Assembly (NCBI RefSeq): GCF_018977255.1
Contig: NW_024704769.1
Location: 3,968,001-4,032,000, forward strand
Length of the DNA stretch: 64,000 nucleotides
Source: Callorhinchus milii
Lineage: Eukaryota
Reading direction: 5' to 3'
Part shown: positions 51,625 to 63,217 of the stretch, piece after piece
How the letters are laid out: each line of letters begins with the position of its first letter
How positions within the stretch are numbered: the first letter of the stretch is position 1
The notes under the pieces: generated by a model
What the model was told of the DNA's origin: nothing
What the model saw: the letters and a program-made list of their open reading frames with translations, nothing else
Databases searched by the model: none
Program-made: the position numbers and the translations under genes

Positions 51625-54600
51625 TCACGTGCTCCGTGCCTTTGCCGCCGGCTCAGACTCCGTCTCTCGCTCGTACTCGATCTCCACAAAGCTGCGTTTG
51701 AAGCGGGCCCCGCCCTTCACCGGCGTCTTCCCCTTCGACGACCTCCTTCCGGCAACTTCCGTCTCCATCTCCTCCTCCTTCCCGTCCGCCCGCACTTTGT
51801 CCATTTCCTGAGGGGCACAAGTTTCCCCCCCGTCGTTAACCTCTGAGACGTGGCTCCGGCCGTAACACCGCGACATTCACAAGCGCCTTTCGCGTTGGGC
51901 GGACGTTCCAAGGTGCTGGACAGTCAGGAATCGCACAGTCCCTTCGCCTCGGCCCCTCCCTCAAGGTCCGTTTCAAGACCCTCCTCTTCAACCAGGGCTT
52001 CGGTCAACCTCCCCGGCCTCCACCCCCTACTGATCCCAACCCCCAACCCCCAACCCCCCTCGGGTCCAAATCCCTGACTGTCCAGGGCCCTGGGACGTTC
52101 TCCTGATGTGAGACACGACGTGTAAATGTAATGTGTTGTAGCTGTTGAGACGCGCCGAGCCCCCTCGGTAACGAGCGAGAGATGTACATGTTGGATGCAA
52201 CGTTAAACCTTCAGCGCTGGGAGGGGCGGACTGACGGACAAGGGCTCTTGCTTACCTCAAAGTCACTCAGGTCACTTTCCTCCAGCTCATCACCTTCTAC
52301 GTATTCCACTTGTCCAACATCCTGAGAGAGAGAGAGAGAGAGAGAAAGGGGGTTGGGGGGGGGGGGGAACAGTTTAGAAACAGCCACACAGAAAATACCT
52401 CCCTGTCACGCCTGCATATACATAACGTGTACACACAGGCAGACACGTATGCACACATACATACAGCCCACACCTTGTGTGTATGTGTTCACGTTCAGGG
52501 ACATCAGATTGTGCAGGACTTTACACACAAAGGCCAATGGGAGTCTGGAACTCTCTCTCCCTCACCCAAAAGGCTGTGGATTATGACTGGATCCATTCAC
52601 ATTGTCCAGATGTTTGTCAGCTCAGGGTATCAGGGGATACGGGGCAAAGGCGGGTCATTGGAGTTCAGGTACAGATCAGCCACGATCTAATAGAATGGCG
52701 GAATAGGCTCGAGGCGCTGAATGGCCTCGTACGGTTCCTATGACTGGTGTCCTGGCTCGTGACAAATCTCAAATTTTATTATTATTAAAACGTCGCTCAC
52801 CGCATCCTCCTCCTCCTCCTCTTCTTCCGAGTCTGTCTCGCTCTCCTCGTCCTGTTGCTGCAGAGCTTTGTCAAAGGCGTGAACCGGGAAGTTGTAAATA
52901 TCTCCATACTACAGAGAGAGAGAGAGAGAGAGAGACATTAGCAACAAGAATCCTTGTCCTCGCCTTTAAAGTCCTCCCACGAGTTTGCTCCTCCCGTCTC
53001 AAGACTTTCCCCTTTGACCGCGCCTTCGGTCGCCCTCCTACCCCCACCCTCCCTGCCCTGCCCTCCACCCCTCCTGATCCCAACTCCCAGCTCGGGTCCA
53101 AATCCCTGCCCGTCCAGTAAAAAAAAAACATGGTCACTCAATATAGACACTGCTCACAATTGGCTGCCGCGTTTTGTCCACAGAATGTACAGTCAATTCA
53201 CTGTCCGTGCTATTCTGTGAAGCGCTTTGAGACGTCTCAACTGTGTGATCAGGCACCCCCCCCCCCCTCCCCCCCCCCACTGCAGTTCAAGGTGTTGGGG
53301 TTCAGGTTCCTCACCGTTCCCTGTCTCAGTCTGTCCAGTAATTCCTTCTCAATGGCGTTGTCCAACTGAGCTGCGATCAGCGCCTTCTCCTGAAACAAAA
53401 CACCAGACACCAGGTCAGACATCAACCCTGAACCTCCACAATCCCCTCTCCGCCCCCCCCCCCCACCCAACACACACAGCCTCAGCTCACAGGCACTGCC
53501 AAGTCTCAGACCGTCCGTCCGTCCCCCCCCACCCCCCCCTCACAAATACACCCAAACAGACCTCTCTGCGCTGGTCACGTCGCTCCACCTTCTTGCTTAA
53601 AGGCACCAGTTTCCTCCTACAAAGAGAGACGCAAACAGTTAGTCCCCACTCTGCCCGGCTCTGCAGCCCCCCCCACACCTCCCCGTCAACCCCGAGAGTG
53701 AGTGCGAGTGCTCATTCCATCCCAGCAATCCATCTCTGGGATTTCCACGTGTGTGATGAGATGCCCGTTGGGGTTTGTGACTGTTAATCACGGAGCCGGG
53801 TTTCCGCGCGTGTCCGTCCGGCTGTGAAGCTTTGTCCTTACTGGCGTTTCAGGGTGAGTTTGCGGATGCGGATGAGGTATTGGGTGATCTTGGTGAAGCG
53901 CTGTTTGCACTTGTGTCGGAGGAAGCGAGGCCAGTAGATCAGGTTCTCGTCGATCTGCTCCAGAGCTTTCTCGTAGTTCTTGCTCAGCTTCACCTGCGGA
54001 ACATTCCGGCGCAGGATTAGCCGCGAAATAGCGGCCAATACGTGGCTTTACGGCGGCAAAAGAAGAGACGGGTTCCCAGACTCCAACCCCCCCCCCCACC
54101 CCCCCTCCAGGGTGAGCATTATGTCGTCAGGAGGTTGTGGGTTCAAACCCCCCCACATCGGGACTTGTAATCACACAGTCTAAGCTGACTGGTGCGCTGG
54201 GGGGTGTTGCATTGTCGGAGACGCCATCCTTTGGATGAGACGCGCGGGGGGGGGGGAGGGAGCGATGCTCCATACTCACTCTCTCCCACATCCGAGCTGG
54301 AAACGCGGCTCTCTCTATCACCTTCATGTACAGGAAGCACTGACCTGCGACACACACACACAACACATCAAATGTACACAGCGCCTTTCACGTCTGTCGG
54401 GAGGACATCTCAGGGCACTGACACACACACAGCACATTCGCTATTGTTCAACCACAACGCAAACCCGGTCAGTACACACACACAGTACACACACACAGTA
54501 CATACACAGTACCACCCCCCCCCCCCCCCTCGCCGCTGTCTCTCACCTTTCTCCTCCCTGACCGTGGCGTACTGGCTGTTTGCGAGGGGACAGGATGAGC

Positions 54601-56064
54601 GGTTACACATCCCCGTGAGATTGTACTCGTTCCGGCAGAAACTCTGCGTCTTTGTTCTGAAGGGAAAAAGGAAGTCCAGGGGTTGAACCCCAACCAACAA
54701 CAACTTGCACTTATATAGACCCCATACACATACACCTTCATATATTATTTACATTGTGCCCCTCACGCAGGGCAGCGTCCTGGAGCGCTTGACAGTGGTG
54801 GAGACCGACGCTGAGCCGGGAGGAGGCGACCGCGGGCTCGGTTAGAAGAGGGAAGTCTTCAGACGCGACCTGAAGATGCGATATATCCTAATAATCCTTG
54901 CATTTGATATAGCGCTTTTCACGTCGGGAGGACATCCCAAAGCGCTTCACAGAACACACTGTAAAGTGAATTGACTGTATATTTGTGGGCGAACGCGGCA
55001 GCCAATTGCGCACAGCAATGTCCCATAAACAGTCGTAGATTGAAAATGACCAATTTATTATTGTTTTGGTTTTGGAGGGATTATTATTAGGCTCTGTGTG
55101 GAGTAAGGAAACTTGCCCAAGGTTTCGCCCTCTGTCTGGAATTGAACTCAGGTCTCTCACTTGCAAAGCGAGTGCTCTAACCACTGAGCTACAGGACTCC
55201 TGTGAAGCGCTTTGAGGCGTCTCAACCACACGATAAGGCGCTGTATCACCTGTAAAGGTCACTATTATTTTATTATTAAACCACAGCTCCTTCCCGGGTC
55301 CCAGGAATACCACAACTTACTTCACTTTGTACGAACAGAACTGTCTGTTTCCGATAACNNNNNNNNNNNNNNNNNNNNNNNNNNNNNNNNNNNNNNNNNN
55401 NNNNNNNNNNNNNNNNNNNNNNNNNNNNNNNNNNNNNNNNNNNNNNNNNNNNNNNNNNNNNNNNNNNNNNNNNNNNNNNNNNNNNNNNNNNNNNNNNNNN
55501 NNNNNNNNNNNNNNNNNNNNNNNNNNNNNNNNNNNNNNNNNNNNNNNNNNNNNNNNNNNNNNNNNNNNNNNNNNNNNNNNNNNNACAGTCACAGATAACA
55601 GTCACAGGNNNNNNNNNNNNNNNNNNNNNNNNNNNNNNNNNNNNNNNNNNNNNNNNNNNNNNNNNNNNNNNNNNNNNNNNNNNNNNNNNNNNNNNNNNNN
55701 NNNNNNNNNNNNNNNNNNNNNNNNNNNNNNNNNNNNNNNNNNNNNNNNNNNNNNNNNNNNNNNNNNNNNNNNNNNNNNNNNNNNNNNNNNNNNNNNNNNN
55801 NNNNNNNNNNNNNNNNNNNNNNNNNNNNNNNNNNNNNNNNNNNNNNNNNNNNNNNNNNNNNNNNNNNNNNNNNNNNNNNNNNNNNNNNNNNNNNNNNNNN
55901 NNNNNNNNNNNNNNNNNNNNNNNNNNNNNNNNNNNNNNNNNNNNNNNNNNNNNNNNNNNNNNNNNNNNNNNNNNNNNNNNNNNNNNNNNNNNNNNNNNNN
56001 NNNNNNATCTGAACTGAGTGCACTCACACACACACACACACACACACATTCACTCTCTCACACA

Positions 56065-56101
<37 letters not shown>

Positions 56102-56188
56102 TCTGTGTCTCTTCACTCAAATGATTTACAATGAACTATAACATGAAGTATATTTAGGGTCGGACAGACTCACATCATCGTGTTGCAT
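51625..56188 (-). CDS. MAK16: MAK16 60S ribosome biogenesis factor, 10 exons; exon 2 partly in an N gap
   Basis: Exons 56174-56188 (MQHDD), 55321-55358 partial ([11 protein letters not shown]), 54547-54656 ([26 protein letters not shown]), 54280-54344, 53842-53993, 53562-53616, 53315-53389, 52801-52908 (YGDIYNF), 52256-52321, 51625-51807 (VEIEYE). Confidence 0.95.
54889..55200 (-). mobile_element. Full-length young tRNA-derived SINE, same subfamily as 57993-58313
   Basis: Near-identical sequence, intact A box. Confidence 0.88.
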
Positions 56189-57085
56189 GGCGGCTCCTCT
56201 CTGTGTCCCTCTCTGTCACTCTCTGTGTCCCTCTCTGTGTCCCTCTCTGTCACTCTCTGTGTCCCTCTCTGTCACTCTCTGTGTCACTCTCTCTGTCCCT
56301 CTCTCACTGCCCCACGTGCTGCCCGGAAGTGACGAGCCAACCTCTCGCGAGGGGCTGTGCCGGCAGTACCGCGGTCTGTCCGCCGGGCGGCGCTGCGCGC
56401 AACCGCCCTGCGGTACCGCGGCGCCTCCACCGGGCGGCGCTGCAAAACCCACCCCCTGGCGGATCAGGGTGCGATGCCGCGGCGCCTCCACAGGGCGGCG
56501 CTGCGAACTCACCACCGCGCCACACGGCGCTGTGTTCAACCCGCAGACACACGCGGCGCTGCACCCGGTGCCGCAGTACCGCAGTCCGCCCACAGGGCGG
56601 CGCTACCGTCACGTATAATCGATGAATGTCAATTCAATACATTGAATAAATCAGAGGGATAATTAATGGTGTAAAAGGGCAAAGAAAAGTGCAATTGGAG
56701 ACCNNNNNNNNNNNNNNNNNNNNNNNNNNNNNNNNNNNNNNNNNNNNNNNNNNNNNNNNNNNNNNNNNNNNNNNNNNNNNNNNNNNNNNNNNNNNNNNNN
56801 NNNNNNNNNNNNNNNNNNNNNNNNNNNNNNNNNNNNNNNNNNNNNNNNNNNNNNNNNNNNNNNNNNNNNNNNNNNNNNNNNNNNNNNNNNNNNNNNNNNN
56901 NNNNNNNNNNNNNNNNNNNNNNNNNNNNNNNNNNNNNNNNNNNNNNNNNNNNNNNNNNNNNNNNNNNNNNNNNNNNNNNNNNNNNNNNNNNNNNNNNNNN
57001 NNNNNNNNNNNNNNNNNNNNNNNNNNNNNNNNNNNNNNNNNNNNNNNNNNNNNNNNNNNNNNNNNNNNNNNNNNNNNNNNNNNNN
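55359..57085. other. Region containing three assembly gaps (55359-55584, 55609-56006, 56704-57085)
   Basis: N runs. The first hides the start of MAK16 exon 2. Confidence 0.98.
56190..56615 (-). promoter_or_regulatory. MAK16 CpG-island promoter and GA-rich repetitive 5' UTR
   Basis: CCGGAAGT (ETS) at about 56323, TCTCGCGA at 56343, repeated CC(A/G)C(A/C)GGGCGGCGCT. CTCTGTGTCC-type repeats at 56197-56307 lie directly 5' of the ATG. Confidence 0.6.
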
Positions 57086-57199
57086 CCGTTGCCATTGCGG
57101 GTACAGCATCAGCAGTTTTGCTGGAAATACAGTAACTACAATACCTTCAGCAAACAACAGAGGGAACCTGGAGCAGCGCCGCTTCCTGACTCGCTGCAG

Positions 57200-57480
57200 A
57201 TTTCCTGTGTGTGTGTTCCTGTAGTGTGTGTCTACAGGCGCACATACATGTATGGGGTATATATGTGTGTAGTGTATCTGTGTACGTACTGTGTGTATGG
57301 GGTGTAAATGTGTGTGCAGTGTGTGTGTGTTTAGTGTACATGTGTGTGGTGTATGTATTGTGTGGATTAGGATGTACATGTGTGTGTGTGTATTAGGATG
57401 TACATGTGTGTGGTCTATGTACCTGTGTGTGGTGTATGTACATGTGTGTGGTGTACGTGTGTACACACTGTGCACATGTG
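57200..57480. repeat. Degenerate (TG/TA)n low-complexity tract downstream of U13
   Basis: Imperfect GTGTAT/GTACAT repeats. Confidence 0.85.
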
Positions 57481-57487
57481 GTTCAGG

Positions 57488-57587
57488 TGTCAGACGGGTT
57501 CTGTGCCCAAGTCGTAACTTGAAGGGACGGCACATGTCACGCAGACGCGTGAGTGACCCACTCATCACGTGACTGAACCAGAAGGAT
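57488..57587 (-). ncRNA. SNORD13: U13 box C/D snoRNA, guide for 18S rRNA acetylation
   Basis: Minus strand reads ATCCTTCTGGTTCAGTCACGTGATGAGTGGG...GTTACGACTTGGGCACAGAACCCGTCTGACA. Box C GTGATGA at 57562-57568 and box D CTGA at 57490-57493. The 5' leader and GTTACGACTT are complementary to the 18S rRNA 3' end. The 3' end CCCGTCTGAC matches human U13, which also lies near TTI2/RNF122. Confidence 0.92.
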
Positions 57588-57630
57588 CGCTGCGCAGCCG
57601 CACTCACCACCGCTAAACCTGGTCACGGCC

Positions 57631-57860
57631 CCCCTTTAGGTCCCGGTGACTGCCACCTGGGTACCCGGTTTACCGATGTGACCGGATCGGACCCCTCCCT
57701 CCCAGTGGCCCTGAGGCTTAAATCGTTTCTTCTGATTCTCGTTTGGTCGTTTTTTGGCCTTTGGCGGCTCCGTCCCGGTCAGTGTATGCAAATGTGGGTG
57801 GGTGACGTCACCGCGCGGCGCATGCGCACTCAATCGCTTGTCGCCGAGAGCGCATGCGCG
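57631..57860 (-). promoter_or_regulatory. snRNA-type Pol II promoter of U13: PSE plus distal element
   Basis: PSE-like TCACCGGGACCTAAAGGGG starts at -62 (57649). Octamer ATGCAAAT at 57786-57793 (about -200), CRE TGACGTCA near 57803, two GCGCATGCGC NRF1 sites at about 57818-57859. No TATA box. Confidence 0.75.
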
Positions 57861-57992
57861 TGTCCCCCCCTCTCACACACACTCAGGTGGTGGCAATGGC
57901 CATGTGCACCACTGGGACTGTCTCAGTCTGATTTGGAGACTCTTAAACTAATGTCATGGACTCCCCCGTGTGTCAGACTGACCCGACCGATT

Positions 57993-58313
57993 AATAATAA
58001 TAATAATCCTCGCATTTGATATAGCGCTTTTCACGTCGGGAGGACGTCCCAAAGCGCTTCACAGAACACACTGTAAAGTGAAGTGACTGTATATTTGTGG
58101 GCGAACGCGGCAGCCAATTGCGCACAGCAATGTCCCACAAACAGTCGTGGATTGAAAATGACCAATTTATTATTGTTTTTGGTTTTGGAGGGATTATTAT
58201 TAGGCTCTGTGTGGAGTAAGGAAACTTGCCCGAGGTTTCGCCCTCTGCCTGGGATTGAACTCAGGTCTCTCACTTGCAAAGCGAGTGCTCTAACCACTGA
58301 GCTACAGGACTCC
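57993..58313 (-). mobile_element. Full-length young tRNA(Ala-like)-derived SINE
   Basis: Head GGAGTCCTGTAGCTCAGTGGTTAGAGCAC with A box and B box (GAGTTCAATCC), body, L2-like tail and (TTA)n. Nearly identical to 54889-55200. Confidence 0.88.
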
Positions 58314-60500
58314 ACAAATAAACAAATAAAAAAAATCTGGATCCCAAAGCCATCCCGCAGACCCTCCGCCCGTCTCCCTCCCTCCTCTTCAACCGCGCCT
58401 TCGGTCACCCTCCTACCCCCCACCCTCGGTGCCCTCCATCCCTCCAGGATCTTGTAGCAGGTTACGAGGACAGTGATAAAGCATACTGGAGGCATTTATT
58501 AAAAATGTATTTTACAACCAAAGAAATCCCCTCTACAAAGAAACCGGCAGCTGTGGGGATTCCTTCCAAATATACAAAGAACAGTCTAGTAACCGTGAAC
58601 AAAATACTATAAATATCTTGTATAATAATGGTATAACCGTGCAGTCTACCAGTAGCAAGGCACTGGTACATTTCTCTACATTGTCCAGCTAGGCACATTT
58701 AACCATTGCAGGATTTGTGACGTCTCTGCATCTCCCAATAATGAACCAGCAGGCTGGCCGTCAACACCAAATTATATTTGTATAACGCCTTTCACATGGG
58801 GAACACAGGAACTGGAGGAGGCCATTCAGACCCTTGAGCCTGTTCCACCATTCTATTAGATCATGGCTGATCTGTACCTCAACTCCAATTGCCTGTCTTT
58901 GCCCCATATCTCTCGATAACCTGACCTAGCAAACATCTCTCCATCTCAGTTTTGAAAATGTGAATGGATCCAGCCATAATCCCCAGCCTTTTTTGGGGGG
59001 GAGAGTTCTAGATTTCCACTAGAGTTTGCGTGAAAAAATACTTTCTGATTTCGATCCTAAATGGCCTAGCTCTAATTTTAAGATGATACCCCCTTGTTCT
59101 GGATTCCCCCCACCCACCAAAGGAAATAGTTTCTCTGCAGCTACCCTATTGAATGAATCACATTATCATTTCAAATACCTCAATTAGATCACCCCACAAT
59201 TCAAGGGAAGACGTCCTACAACCTTCAATCAACATCACTGATACTGTGGACCCACTTGGCTCCACCAGGATTGATATTGTCAAACATTTTAGTACTAATG
59301 AAACAGTGATTGAGGCACTGGGATCCCAAACCAGTACCTTCTTCTTCCAAGTCCAGCCTTCCACACCCTGAATGACCCAGCACAGCATGCAATATTTTAT
59401 ACAGGTCCAAGTCTGTGCAGGACTCCCAGGTCAGAGTCACCATTGATTTTCTAGACTGTAAATACAATATTCTGTTGCAACCTCCCCTAACCTCACGTGT
59501 ACTGTTTCCATTCCCCACAAGAACCAAAAGCAGAACTTTGTTCCGTCTGCTCTGAGTGAGACAATTTAATTCCTCAGGGGGATATTTTGCTCTTGTATTA
59601 CAATAGGGAGATATAACTATATTTAGATCACTTTTCAAATTGTGCCAGCACACTATTAGGCAAGAATTCCTCCCTAAAATGTATTAAAAATCGTTAGGGA
59701 GAGTGCGGAGTGGGAGTTTGTTAACATATTGGTGCTCACAAAGCATTTGGCTCTGGTGCTCCTGTGGGTAATGTATAAGTGCTGTAATTGGATATCAGAG
59801 GAACATGATCCATAACAGCATTCCATGCACTGCAGCCTCTCTCCTCGAAGTAGTTACTTAAAGCAGCTTCACCATTCACTGGCCTCTCTGAGATTTTGGT
59901 TAGCGTTTGACTGCATCAGCAGAGATCTATGTATGTGGTCTTTTCAGTCACTGAGTGTTCAGGAAGGATCATACAGTTTGTGTACAGGACTGTGTAGTTG
60001 TGTGTACATGTCAGTGGGTAAAAGGTGTAATACTCACATGTCCAGTTGGGTTTGGATACTGATGGGTTTCCGCATGTGTCAGACAACCGTCGGACCAAAA
60101 GAAGTGTGTGGGTATGTATGTGTACATGCAATGTGACGTGTGTATACCGTGTGTTTTGTGTCTGTGTGTTCAGGGCTCACATTATGTGCGGACAGTGGCC
60201 ACGTCAATGTTCTGTGACTTTTAAGTGTTGCTCATAATAAAAAGCTTAAGCAGAGACATACCATTGAACCCCAGCCACCCCAGTCACTGACTCTCGTTGG
60301 GAGGATGTGAAGGAAAGAGGTACATTGCTGGGTGTGCGTGCGTTGCTGCAGTGACAGACACACAGTCGATGCGGTGCCACAAAATGCTCACGGCTTCAGT
60401 CAGTCAGTCAGTCAGCTGACAAATCGCAAAGGTAAAAAAATAGAAAATCTTGGCTTCCCCCAAACCTCTTTTGTTTTCGCCTGTGTTTGTTTGTCTTGTG

Positions 60501-62561
60501 TCAAACCAATTCATCCAGGAGAGTGCCTATAGCCTGCTGCTGTTCAGCTCCTCCAGCGATCGGCTTATTGCACATGGGACACACACAGCGGATCTCCAGC
60601 CACTTCACCAGACACCTGTAGGCACAATGTGAACAGTAAGGCAGTGTTGTGTAGCATTGGGAAGAACCAGACAACTTTTGATCTAGAGGTTCCCCAAGCT
60701 TCCACACACTGTTGTAGACTAATCCGTACAGAATTAATTGCTATCAACATCTCCATTATTGTAGCATGTGACACTGTACAGAGCAACATCCTGAGTGCAG
60801 GCAATGTGTCCCTGTACAGTGAGATGCTGAGCACAGGCAACGTGACCCTGTACAGTGAGATGCTGAGCACAGGCAACGTGACCCTGTACAGTGAGATGCT
60901 GAGCACAGGCAACGTGACCCTGTACAGTGAGATGCTGAGCACAGGCAATGTGTCCCTGTACAGTGAGATGCTGAGCACAGGCAATGTGCCCTGTACAGAG
61001 ACAACAACAACAAATGACATTTACACGGTGCTTTTCATGTCAAGAGGATGTCCCGAGGCGCTGGACGGTCAGGAATTTGGACCCGAGCTGGAGGTTGGGA
61101 TCAGGAGGGGTGGAGGGCAGTGAGGGTGGGGGTAGGAGGGTGGCTGAAGGCACGTTTGGTCGAAGACGAGGCATTGAGACAAGGAAAGGGAGGGGGGCTA
61201 GGGGGAGGGACTGTGGGTTGGAGTTCCAAAGGGTGGGGGCAGAGATGCTGAAGGCCCAACCACCGATGTTGGGGCGGGCAAGTGGGGGACATTGAGCAGG
61301 CCAGCGCCCATTAAGTGGACAAATGTACACACCCACAGACACGAGGCTTGTTAGTCAGCCATAGGCTGAACACAGAGCAATGTATAAAGGCCACTACGAC
61401 AGCGGTGCTGAGCGAATGAAGGTTACTCACTTCCTGTGGAAGGCGTGTTTGCACGGTAACACCCCCAGCTCCTCCTTAGTCTTGAAATCTTCTAAGCAAA
61501 CGGCACAAGTCTGCTGCAGGGAGACACAAAAAGCAAATCCGATCTCGAACACAGCCGCACATCAAATAATAATAATCCTTGCATTTGATACAGTGCTTTA
61601 TCACGTCTTCGAGACGTCTCAAAGCACTTCACAGAATATATTGTAAAGTGTAGTGACTGTGTACTTTTCTGTGGGCGAAACCAAGGCTCAAGGTGTGAAA
61701 GGACTATCAAAGAGTGGTCACTTGTTGGGGTGCACAGGTGGTTGCTGAAGAGAGAAAAGCGATCCAGCAATCAACTAACAACTGGGTTCCTACTTACTGC
61801 AAACAGAGGCGTGTATGCCGAGTAAGGAAATTTCCCTAAGGTTGCGCTCTGCCCGGTGGTTTATTATGCAAAGTCTGTCTGGGCTGTTCCAGGATGAGAT
61901 TGCTACACTGATGGGAGGTGGTTAGTTGTCTAAAGGGGTTTGACTGTAGACCATGTCAGTAGCACTAAATTGTAGTGTGAATGTTGGGAATAAGGCTATG
62001 TTGCCTTAGCTGGTCTGTGAAGCTCATACAGTAACAGTGAGACTTACCCCATGCAAATTCAGCTTTTTAGCGTCTCCTCTGATTATAACCTGCAAGGAAA
62101 GGAAGGTTAGTGAGGAGGATAATAATAATAATCCTTGCATTTGATATAGCACCTCATCCCGTCTTCACAGGATATACTGTAAAGTGAATTGACTATATTT
62201 TGTGGGTGAAACGTGGCACCCAATTGCGCTCAGCAGTGTCCCACAAGCAGTCGTGGATTGAGTGATCAAATTATTATTACTTTTTGAAGGGATTATTACC
62301 TCCGGAAAAGCGATCCGTCAATCAACTAATAACCGGGTTCCTCCTTACTGCTGGGTATACAGAGGCGTGTGTGTAGAGTAAGGAAACTTGCCTAAAGTTT
62401 CGCTGTGCCTGGGAATTGAACCCAGGTCCTCTCGCTTGCGAGGCGAGCGCTATAACTACTGGGCTACAGGATTCCACAGTGACAAAGGTGACAAAAAGAT
62501 GCAGTTCTCTTTTACCTCTTTATATCCAAATCTCTCGTTCTGCGCTTGATGTCGCAGTTTA
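60501..62561 (-). CDS. RNF122: RING-H2 finger protein 122, last four coding exons; 5' exons outside window
   Basis: Exons 62516-62561 ([15 protein letters not shown]), 62048-62089 ([14 protein letters not shown]), 61431-61513 ([18 protein letters not shown]), 60501-60615 ([24 protein letters not shown]). Confidence 0.92.
60791..60998. repeat. 36-bp tandem repeat, about 5.7 copies, in the last RNF122 intron
   Basis: CTGAGCACAGGCAA(C/T)GTG(A/T)CCCTGTACAGTGAGATG repeated. Confidence 0.95.
62118..62476 (-). mobile_element. Full-length tRNA-derived SINE; further partial copies near 2365, 3420, 7040, 22765, 25040, 29165, 30705, 34270, 37905, 40255, 40920, 42140, 61565 and 63655
   Basis: Shared body and tail sequence recurs dozens of times in the window. 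Confidence 0.85.
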
Positions 62562-62734
62562 CTGCAAAGAGAAGAAACAGATGGTTAGTTACCCAACCGT
62601 GAGCAACTGAAATGGAACTTGCAACAACCTCCCTAAACCAGATGGCCCACAAGAGCTGACAACACTGGGAACTGACCACAGAGAGCGGCGATTGTGCGTC
62701 TCTGAGCGTCAGAAACTACACCCACACACATCTA

Positions 62735-63217
62735 ATAATAATAATCCTTGCATTGACATAGCACCTTATTACATTGCAGAGACATTTCAAAGCGCTTCAC
62801 AGGACACGCTGTAAAGCGCAGTTACTCTGTATATTGTGGATGAAACGCAGCAGTCAGTTGCACACAGCAGCGTCCACAAACAGCCGTGAAGTGAGTGACC
62901 AATTTTATCTGGGGCACTGTCAGCCAGGACACTGGGGGGGAGAGAGAGAGAGAGAGAGAGAGAGAAACGTTCTCGTTTCCAATAGCGTCGCAGGATCTTT
63001 AATGTCCACCTGAACAGAGCACAGACGGGGAGTGAGGTTTAACATTTCATCCGAAGGACGGCTGCGTCTCCGACAATGCAACACCCCTCAGCGCTACATT
63101 GGAGCGTCAGCTAAGACTGTGATTCCAAGTCCCGATGTGGGGGGCTCGAACCCACAATCTTCTGACTCAGAGGCGAGAGAGAGAGAGAGAGAGAGCGCTA
63201 CCACTGCGCCGGGCTGA
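62735..63217 (-). mobile_element. Full-length Deu-domain-type SINE
   Basis: Distinct head (..CCTCTGAGTCAGAAGATTGTGGGTTCGAG), central GTTCAGGTGGACATTAAAGATC block typical of Deu-SINEs, and the same 3' tail as the other SINE family. Confidence 0.75.
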
